This document shows positions 54,403 to 64,000 of a stretch of 64,000 bases of DNA, one piece after another; the first letter of the stretch is position 1, and each line of letters begins with the position of its first letter. The position numbers and the translations under genes are program-made. This DNA comes from Camelus dromedarius. Taxonomy: Eukaryota. Location: positions 80,416,001 to 80,480,000 of the forward strand of contig NC_087436.1 in NCBI RefSeq assembly GCF_036321535.1, written 5' to 3'. Under the pieces are notes generated by a model. It was not told the DNA's origin. It searched no databases and was given only the letters and a program-made list of their open reading frames with translations.

Positions 54403-54638
54403 CTGGCAACCCTGCTTACATCGGCTGCTGATGACAGGCACACTGACCTGCAGGTTCTCAGGCAGCTCACTAACTGGCTGCTGAAGAAACAATGCCATGA
54501 GGAGAAAATAGAGGGCAGGGACATTAGTGTGTTTAGGAAGGAATGACTGAAGAACCGGAAAGCCAGGAAAATGACAAGCATCCCGGTTAATCTCCCTGAC
54601 CGTCGATCTCCCACCAGCACTCCTGCCCACGTTGAATC
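54403..54638 (-). CDS. WDFY3: WDFY3 exon (FNVGRSAGGRSTVRE...ENLQVSVPVISSRCKQGCQ); possible shorter form 54448-54638
   Basis: 236 nt, phase 1/0; two in-frame donors 45 nt apart. Confidence 0.92.
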
Positions 54639-57554
54639 CTAAGAGGAAACACAACAATAAGGACACAGTTAGTAATCGATCACCAGACAACATTAACACA
54701 GAAAGGAGTCATTCAGTGTATGTGATATTTCCAGAACATTCACTTCAATACAGGCAATTAACTACTCAAACTGCTGAATTAATCTTTCAGTCAAAAGTTT
54801 TACTTAGTTGGGGCAGTCAGCTACAAGAGGTAATATAAACTCTACTCATTAAAAGAATGACCTCAAAAGAGCTCTAACATTTCCCTAAGAAGGATGTAAA
54901 ACTCAAAACACAGCCAGAATTTGGGATGCTACAAAAATGTACCTTAAAAAATATGATTGCCGTAACATAGTTAATACACTTCCTTTGTCCTGAAAATCGT
55001 GATAAACTAATTGACGTTAAATGACCTACGACTTCAGAGACAAGACCATGAATAAAAAAAAATCTTTTCTCTCAACATGATCTGCAATTCTGTTGGAGAG
55101 TCATGTGGCAGTGGGACAGCAAATCCGAGCCCACTGGGACTGTGGGTACATGTGGACACCCAAGGTCTGTCCCAGAACCACAGCTCTACCAGAAGATGAT
55201 CACTGCTTACTGATGTGGCTTGTGGCACAGATGTTCTAGCAGTCCTGTTTCCCCTGTTACATAACTAATTTCGGGATACAACTCATTCAGTTCTTTTGCC
55301 ACCCCAAACCTAGTACAGTGTTCAGCACAGAATGAATGTTGCCCAGAGTCTCAACGGAAAACTTTTGCGAAGAGCAACCAAGAGATGAATGATTGATTTT
55401 ACTCTGAAGCAATTTATTTCAAATGAATAGTCACAGTTTTTTCCAATTTCTTTTTTCCAAGATGAAGTAACAAGTATATACTTGCTACTACTTAAAATAA
55501 TTATAGAGAAATTTGTATCTAGGTGACTTTTTAAATAGTTCATCCTAACCAACTGCTCAGTGTGACACAAATTCATCTTCTGAAGTATGTTCGTCTAATT
55601 AACAACGAATTGTACAGTTACCAACCTCTTTCATGTATCATTTCATTTCTTAAACATAATGAACACGTGAGTTAGAAACTGGTATTATCCTTTTCATAAC
55701 ATGGAAAATATGTGATTTGTTCAAAGTCATAAAGTTAATGAGTGGTGGCACTAGGACTTTTATCTCTATTTCAGAGCCCATAACGTTATACTGCCTCCCT
55801 TGGCCTTCTTAATGACACTATCACATTTCTAAGAAACTGGCTCCATTAGGACACTGGGTGATTTTTTGTAGTAAATTCTAAATGAAATCATGAATATAAA
55901 AAAGTGTGAGCCTTAAGAAATCAAAGAACCAGTGGTATTTTATACATTAAATAAGAAAACAAATTCTGATTAAACTGTAGGTCCTAAATAAAAACCAATG
56001 CTAGCATTCATTCCTTCCCAAATTCTCATATGCTGTCTTCCCTCATAAATAATCTTACGGAATATCTAGTATGCTATTAGCAATTAAGCACTGATTTAGA
56101 TTCAAGTTACAGCTAAATGGAAGGTATTTTTATAAAGAAAAATTTGACAAAAACTAATAAATGTGACAAAAACATTAAAAAACATTAGGTTGTTCATCAG
56201 ATCAAAGAGAAATAGAATCAAATGAGATGACATATAGCTGTAGACATGTATCTGTATAAATACCTATGTCTATACATATCAGATAGATATTCAGGGAAAT
56301 TACATTAAATTGAATCCAATCTAAGTTAAACTCAAATACTTAGATTTCTCTCTTAGAACCAGAGCAGTACACACAATTGACAAGCAGGTACCAATGAAGG
56401 ACAGATAAATTCTGAGACATGAAGCCAGGTGCGTCAGATGTTAAAAGCACCTTTTCCGATATTACTGAAGTGATTAAAGGACAGGACTGTCAGTCAGAAG
56501 ACAGATACTCAGACATATTCCTATTTGATGCAGGAACCTTACGCATTTAACAGTCTTACTTTTCTAATTAGAGAAATTAATCCTTAAATTTATATTTATT
56601 AGATTTATTTCCTTTAAAATATAACTTTTATACCAGAAAATATATACCTGTGTCTGGAATCCTGAAGGCAAATGAGATGACATTTGTTAAAGAATTTTGC
56701 AAACCACAATGTGCTAGTTAGGTGAAACAGGTATCACTGTGGCGTTCAAGAAGCAGCAGTGCTGTCACCTAGCATTTAAAATTCACATCATACAGAACTC
56801 ACACTGAATTGTGCCTTTCATCGTCTATTCTCTTAATAGCTATTATTAAGGTCAATAAGCTAAATTTCTTGCTACCAAACTCTTCATAATAATAACATTT
56901 GTAAGGCTATATCTTTCCCACAGAATCAAAGCAAAATAGTGATCTATTTTCTAGATCATGAAAGTATCTTTAATGATGACTTAAAATGCATATTTTAAAG
57001 TAGACAATTTCCTTGAGAGAAATCATTTCACATACAGCCTCTTCAGACATTTTTCACATATGAAATAACAATAAAATAATCCTATGATGTAAGCTCTATC
57101 TTCCTACCATTTGCTCTAATATTTGATTGAGTAGCACAGGTTGACCCAGGTATTGATACTTTCACTTTTTTTTCTTTTAAAATAAATTACATATTAAATT
57201 CTTATCCCTAATTTTCCCATCTAACCAGGGTAAATAGTTATTCTTAATGCTTATTGTAAAATACAATTATATATGATTTTTAAAATATAATGTTACAAAG
57301 ACAAATATACTTTTTAAATATTTTAAGAATTGAATGACTGTAATCAAAAAAATTATCTTAAATACATATTTTCCAAAATAAGATCATTAATTTGAACAAA
57401 AATGTTCCAGTCCAAATGAATCTAACATAGGAAACTGTAATTTTCTAGTATTACTTGAATGCTCAGTTATGTTGAGAACAGCGTAGAGCTAGTGAGCAGA
57501 GAATAAGGAACTTTGGCTGAAACTTTGATAAACTTAAAATACTTAAGTGGCAAT

Positions 57555-57780
57555 ATAACATAACTGTTAAAAGCATGGGCTTTGGATGAGTGACTAGATT
57601 CAAATTTTGACACTTCCCAGCTGACAAGTGACAGGACCCATATGCCTTCACTTTCTTATCTGTAAAATGGATATGACAGTATTTATACCTCATAGAGTTA
57701 TTGTGAAAATAAATTATTGTGAAAATGAAAAGTGCTTGTAAGTAGCACAGAATAAACACTCAAAATATTGATTATTATTA
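57555..57780 (+). mobile_element. MIR
   Basis: ctttcttatctgtaaaatggatatgacagtatttatacctcatagagttattgtga. Confidence 0.75.
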
Positions 57781-58054
57781 TTAATTCAATTCTGATAATT
57801 TATATTTACTCACAGATCAGAAAGGGAACTATACATCAAAAAGAAATCACAAAAAATTTACTTGAGTTTTTACATTTTAATATCTTGTCTCTGACTTCAG
57901 TTTGATTTGCAATTTAAAAAGCCAAATTTAAAGTTTTTAATGCTTGTTATTCTATCATTAGTTAAAATTCATGACTCTTAATGGTTATAAGATAAACTGG
58001 AGACTATAAGCTTACATAAGATTTAAAAACAAAACAACACTATAGAATCCATAC

Positions 58055-58272
58055 CTAATACAGTTCCGATCTTATTGGTTAAGACAGAATCTGTCTGTTC
58101 CAGCCACCCTCCACCACTGAGTCCTTCTTTAAACTTGATGAGAATAGACTGATTACTCAGCAGGACAACAAGAATCCTCATGGCTGCTGTAACTGTGGTG
58201 GAATGCAAGTGTTCTTCCATAAACATCATAATCCAGTCAAAACCCAATGTCTTGACTAGCTCTTCACAAGCT
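58055..58272 (-). CDS. WDFY3: WDFY3 exon (ACEELVKTLGFDWIMMF...KIGTVL)
   Basis: 218 nt, phase 2/1. Confidence 0.95.
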
Positions 58273-58495
58273 CTATTGAAAGACAGATGGGTTAAGCAAT
58301 ACAAAACAAAACATTAATTTCAAGGATTAGGATCTCAAATTAAAAAGAAAAAAAAGACTAGCTTTTGCTCCTGAGATACTATAAATTTCAGGGTTTAAAA
58401 AAAATCTAAAAGTCAGTGGAAATCTTTCTTCTGTCTACTATGAATTAACTAGTAATGGCAACTATTAGCATTAACTCTAAAAAGATTTTACTTAC

Positions 58496-58616
58496 TGCAA
58501 ATTAATGCTTGTCTTTTCTTTAGATGTGTAAACCAGTTTTAGTAAGATATCTAGAAGTCTGTTCCTCAAAAGTATAAGATTAGCAGACACAAGACCTCCA
58601 AACTCTTCTTCAGTTC
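58496..58616 (-). CDS. WDFY3: WDFY3 exon (TEEEFGGLVSANLILLRNRLLDILL...TSINL)
   Basis: 121 nt, phase 1/2, gtaagt donor. Confidence 0.94.
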
Positions 58617-60179
58617 CTACAATGAAAATAAACAAATTAAATTGCCCTGAAATGTAAACTAGGGTGAATTATCCAACCCTGTTTGAGAAATGTCACTGAA
58701 ACATATCTTTCAGGAAACGTTTTCTCTAGGAGTACTTTCCACTAAAGTAAATGAGAAAAGGGGTTCATTCAACACTTCTCTTTGAAATCTTGAAATTTGC
58801 CCATTTACTTTCGATATTACTGAAACAAATGATAATAAAGGCTGTGAATCCTTTTTTCATATTAACATTCCCTTCCTCTGCCAATGGGAAAGCAATCAAA
58901 CGAGATCACAGGAACAAAACAACAATGCAAATCCTTAATTTCCACTTTCTTTTTGAAGGACATAGTTAAATTTTACAGATTTAAAAATGAAAAGAGGAAG
59001 CATAAACTATTCAATAATTACAATAATATAAAAGGAAAGTTAGAATTAAATAGCATAGATGGGAGGAAAAAGCACACAAATGCACAAGAGAACTTGGGAA
59101 AGAGAGAAAGACAGAAAGCGGATGGTACTGGAGGCACCCGGACTGGGATCAAAGGCCCAGTGTTCCAGGCCCAGCTCTGCCACTGACAAGCTATGGTTAA
59201 TAAGTCACAATCCACATGCTTGCTTTCTTTATTCTAGAACTGAAGCTCAGGCTAAAATTTAATTACCACGGTTACTTGTTTGGGCAAGAGACTATTTTTA
59301 CCTTTAAATGTTACCTTTTAAAATGCTAATTCAGTGCTTCAAGCTCACCCAGGGGAACTCAAGACTCCCCCCCCTCCTAACAGGCACAGGCTGGTCATTC
59401 ACAAAGCACACTGTGCAACCTAAATTGACATGCGAATTATTTCCTTTCAATAAAATGACAATCCACACAGAAATTAAGATTCTCCTTAGTTTTGATGCCT
59501 AGTCTTTTCACTGTCAGTTATGCTTCCCATAATTTTCAAATATAGTTTAAAACAACGAACTCTGAAAGGAATTTCCAGGTTACCTTCTTCCCACTCAAAC
59601 TGGTGCTTTACTCCACACTGCATTGCCCTTTCATGCTACTTATTTTATTTTGCATTAATTATATCACTGTTCAGCATTATTCAAACCATTTTTCTTCGTT
59701 GTAGGTGTAGCTTGAATACTATATGAACTACTTGACAGAAAAAACTATGGTTTTAATTTTTTGGGAACACCGTGCTATACTGAATACAGTCCAGTCCATA
59801 CAATTAGACAATAAAATGTCATACACCCCACAGGACCAGCAGTGTGCTTCTGATTTTCTCTATTCTTTCAAATGGCAATGAATTGATGAGAATACTCGTC
59901 TAACCAACTTGGCAGATCAAGAGAAAATTTTGCTAATTTATACTTTCCTACTATTGTGCTCCTGTCAAAAAGTTTTTTACAACACTAGTTGTAGTTACTG
60001 AATTCAATGGCCAGTAAGATATACGGGGACTAGAGAAATATTTTTCCTGTATCTTTTTTTGAACTTGAAATAAATATGTTATATATTTGCAAAGACTTTA
60101 ATAGTACTTTCACTTTCTAATTCCTATTTACTTGGCTTATATTACTTCGGTACTTAGGAATAATCTTTGCATATGGCAG

Positions 60180-60400
60180 AATGATGTAGTGGTTAAAAGC
60201 TTAGAAAGTGGGTTGGACCAGCTGAGTTCAGTTGCAGTGGTGTGCTCTCAGGTAAGTTTCTTTTACTTAATCCTTCTGGGCTTCAGTTTCCTTACTTGTG
60301 TAAAATTGTGGAAACAGAACCTATTTTGTAGGGTTGTTTTAAGACTATATGGAGCACTTTAACAGTGCCTGGCAAATATTCAGCACTAAATAAGTGCTAT
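60180..60400 (+). mobile_element. MIR
   Basis: cttctgggcttcagtttccttacttgtgtaaaat...acagtgcctggca. Confidence 0.7.
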
Positions 60401-61199
60401 CCATTGATTTGATCTTTATGCTTCTCATCCACTGCTAATTTGTGTCACCAAAGAAGTATCAACATTGTTCCAAATGAGTAGAAAGTTAAGTGGTCACCGG
60501 CCTTATGTTCTGCTCTATGATTTGCAAGGAGTCAGCCTCTCGAATTTCTCAGTTTCTCCTTCGAAAAACATAATTACACCACTTTCTCTTTTTATTCATG
60601 AAGCACCACAGAGGCCGTGCTCTGAATGACAGAGCCAACATAGAAGAGGACTCCTGGACAGGTAGGGTTGTTAGAGTTTTAAAGGAAATCATTTCTGGGA
60701 CATGATTTTGGAGTAATGTAACAGGCTAATAATGTAAATTATGCTGAACCAATATAAAATACTGTGAATTTAATTATAGGTTAATCTAAAATGTCTTTTC
60801 AATGCTTTCCAAGCAAATCTCCTATTCTAGAATACATGACAGGAAAAATATATTAGAACAGTGGGAAAAATAAGCTCCAAAGGAAACTTAAAAAAAAAAA
60901 AAAGTGGTTGTCATGGGCCTAGGAACCACAACTTAAGAAATTATTTTTATTCTACATTTACATAAAATGATTCTAGTAAAATGTTCTTTCCCTCAATGAC
61001 TACTAAATATTTAACAGGGAACTGAAAATAATAGTAACATAGATACAATTCGTTTAAGCAAGAATCCGTGTTTCTCAAGGATGTATATAAATTTTAAAAT
61101 GTCAAATAATGCTCAGAAATTACACTGAAAGAGTTACTATTTAAAGGAACATTGGCTATAAATCCTCTAAAATTAGGAAATTTTTTTATAGTATTTTAA

Positions 61200-61318
61200 A
61201 AAAATTTATTTATATATTTATTTATTTATTTTTTAAATGGAGGTACTGGGGATTGAGCTCAGGACCTCATGCATGCTAGGCATGCACTCTACCACTGAGC
61301 TATCCACCCCCCTCCCCC
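61200..61318 (-). mobile_element. Camelid-type tRNA SINE
   Basis: ggaggtactggggattgagctcaggacctcatgcatgctaggcatgcactctaccactgagcta. Confidence 0.9.
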
Positions 61319-61549
61319 TGCCAACATTTCATTTTTAAAGTAAATCCACACCCTATTAAACGTGTAGGTAATTCTGTATTTCTGCATATTGTAGAAGTTT
61401 GGTCTAAGACAAATGCATCTGCAAAAGACCTAAAAAAGTAATGTTAAGGAGAAAAGTAATATAATAGTATCACATATAATTCAGGTCTAATTTGTACCAG
61501 AAGAAAACAGGGCATGGTAATTAGGTTCCAAACTCCAGAATTGACTCAC

Positions 61550-61644
61550 CAGTGTCAGGCTTCTCTTCATGGTTTATTTCCATAACTACAAATTTCTCAC
61601 AAACTGCAAAGGTTGGTAAAGTAGAAGAAATAAACTGGCCAAAC
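61550..61644 (-). CDS. WDFY3: WDFY3 exon (FGQFISSTLPTFAVCEKFVVMEINHEEKPDT)
   Basis: 95 nt, phase 2/1, gtgagt donor. Confidence 0.94.
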
Positions 61645-62299
61645 CTTTAAATACAAGAAAACAGAGGTTACAGATTATATTTTTTCTCTCCAAAATAAAC
61701 AGCAAGATACTAAGAAAAAGAAAACAAAGAAATGAAAACCAAAATAGTATTACTAATTTTAACTACTCTTATACAGATCTTACATGGCTGTATTTCATTT
61801 GCTTCCCCTAGAACTGTTGCAATTAACATTATACATGCCCTAATGTTTTAAAATACGTATGGGGAAAAATATACCTCATCAAAAGTATGAGTCCTTGAAT
61901 GCACTAATCCAAATGATTTCGAAAACCACATAGCAGGATCCAAATCAAAGTGTCCTAACATTATCTATATGCATCCACTGTAGCCTAGTAGTTGAGGGTG
62001 TGGGTTTTGGAAACACAGGTAAGGCTGAAATCCTAGCTGTATCAGTTTTTAACCATGTTACCTGGGGCAAGTAGCTTAACCCTTCAGGACTTTTAATTTC
62101 TTAGTTTGTAATATAAAGAATAAAAATATAGAGAATAAAAAACCTTGATAGGTTTCAGTGATAATTTTAGCAAAGTGATCATTATAGTACCAGCATAAGA
62201 GCTAAATAAATATTGTCAATAATAATGATAATCTCCAAAATACATTTTAAACTCCAGTTTTAAATCTGTCACCAAGTTAAAAAAATGCTTTCAAGGTTA

Positions 62300-62429
62300 A
62301 GGGGGAGGGTATAGCTCAAGTGATAGAGCACGTGCTTAGCATGCATAAGGTCCCGGGTTCAATCCCCAGTGCCTCCACTAAAAAAAATAAATAAATAAGC
62401 CTAATGACCACCCCCTAAGGTGGGGAGGG
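62300..62429 (+). mobile_element. Camelid-type tRNA SINE
   Basis: Intact A and B boxes; TSD aatgctttcaaggt (62284-62297) / aatgccttcaaggt (62430-62443). Confidence 0.9.
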
Positions 62430-63178
62430 AATGCCTTCAAGGTGACTGAATACAAAAGTGAGTACCTTACATGTTACAACAATGAGAGATTAGTTTGCTG
62501 TGAGTATTGCATTCATCAGGTGTGATTTCACCTGTGACACCTGAGCGATTACACGAACAGTAATGATTAAGTCCAGTTTAAGCAATTCTCTACTTGGAAA
62601 ACACCTTGGTTAGTTTTTTCCCTTCCATTTTCAGTTAAGATGAGGATCATCATGTGACTATTGGAACAGTTCTACAGACACTCCATGAATATGCCTTAAG
62701 CCACATTTCACATTGGCAGCAAAATAATAGCCACATCATATAACAGGTTTGAATGTACAACAATAAAACATCACCCTTAGTTTGGGGGATAGAGAACAAA
62801 TATAAAAGACACGGCAGGCTCCCTATGGGCGTGCAAGTGTGTGTACACATGCTTCTGCACACACACCTGAGAAGTAGCAAGGCTTGGGGAAAAGGGCCGG
62901 GGACCAAGAATTCCTATACTGCACACTTTTATGTCTAGGACAACCAGTCTCATTGGGCTAATTCTAACATCTTTTCTCACCCCAATTCTATTATTCACTA
63001 GTGACAACAACTGGCTTTGCAAGATACGTGCATATTTTCCATGCCTTTTAAATATCTTGACTAGTATCAACTTTACAGATGTTATGCAGGCATAGGAACC
63101 AATTATATTCATCTCAATCATCTTAACCTTAATGGTACTTTCAGTTAACAGACAGAAAAACATGTAAGTTTTTACTAC

Positions 63179-63340
63179 CTGAGCAGATCGTTGCTGCTGG
63201 GAAAACCCTGCAGTAAGAAGCTCAGCACATTACTAATGGCAGCGATGGTAGGCTGGGATAAAGACATATCTCGAAGAGTCAGTAGCAACTTTGGGATTAG
63301 CTGGAATTCCCTCATTAACTTGGCGTTCTTTGAAGCTTCA
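63179..63340 (-). CDS. WDFY3: WDFY3 exon (EASKNAKLMREFQLIPKLLLTL...SNDLL)
   Basis: 162 nt, phase 2/2, translated by hand. Confidence 0.94.
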
Positions 63341-63419
63341 CTGTAAGAGAAAGAAGATTTTATCTACTGTACTAGCATCTCTTCTGTAAGCGAACAACTA
63401 TTTAGGTATTAACTAATAC

Positions 63420-63493
63420 CTGGACTCTGTGAGCAGCTCAATAAAGTGTTCAAATAAGGAAAGATGAAGTTCATACGGTGCATGGAGCCAGAC
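63420..63493 (-). CDS. WDFY3: WDFY3 exon (VWLHAPYELHLSLFEHFIELLTES)
   Basis: 74 nt, phase 0/2; followed by a 79-nt intron. Confidence 0.93.
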
Positions 63494-64000
63494 CTATAAT
63501 CAAAATAAAGAACAGTATAGTTAAGGTTAAAAAACTACCCCAAATTCCAATCCAACAAACACAAACACAGTGCACAGAACTTATTCCACTTACATAATTA
63601 AATGAATGTAACCACTTTATTAGTTTTTACTTGTTGTAGCCCTCTAAAACTGCTTGGATATAGGACTGCTGGTTCTACTCATAAAGGGATAATCGCTATG
63701 GAAATTACCCTCCTAGAGTAACCAACTAGAAAGGCAAGATCTATAGAAAATTCCCCTGGAATCAATGACTAATTACAATTACTGAATACAATATACTGAA
63801 TAGAATGAATACTGAATGCTATATGCTGAATACAAAAACCGAATGGCAGGAATCTCCTGTGTGTCCGAAACTGGAAATAACCATTGCAAAGTAGTACAAC
63901 AAACAATTCCTAGAACTCACAGGCGCTGAGAATAGTTTGCACTCCCACCAACCAGTGTAGAGACTTCATAATATGTGGGAAAGTTGGGTAGAGGTCTCAA

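Noticed and set aside
59349..59419. Possible cryptic exon on - (ttag acceptor, gtgagc donor)
   Set aside because: 71 nt would frameshift and the polypyrimidine tract is poor; no support without RNA data.
63779..63845. Degenerate (actgaat)n repeat
   Set aside because: Low-complexity slippage product with no coding or structural signal.

Overview
This window is mammalian genomic DNA, most likely from a camelid, judging by tRNA-derived SINEs carrying a CCTAATTACCTCCCC tail. It lies entirely inside one gene, WDFY3 (ALFY, the BEACH/WD40/FYVE selective-autophagy scaffold), on the minus strand. I traced 34 coding exons from 63493 down to 666. All have GT-AG boundaries and compatible phases, and they join into one uninterrupted 4848-nt (1616-codon) frame covering the central helical region, the PH and BEACH domains and the start of the WD40 repeats. 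The start and stop codons lie outside the window. Introns contain ordinary mammalian repeats (SINE, MIR, L1, L2, solo LTRs, DNA-transposon remnants). Repeat family names and human comparisons come from recalled sequences, and repeat boundaries are approximate. I found no evidence of a new gene system. The best leads are regulatory or evolutionary: a 54-nt frame-preserving cassette exon followed by clustered QKI/RBFOX motifs, a sharply CpG/GC-enriched patch over one exon and an adjacent MIR, an in-frame alternative 5' splice site, and two composite SINE insertions each bounded by a single target-site duplication.
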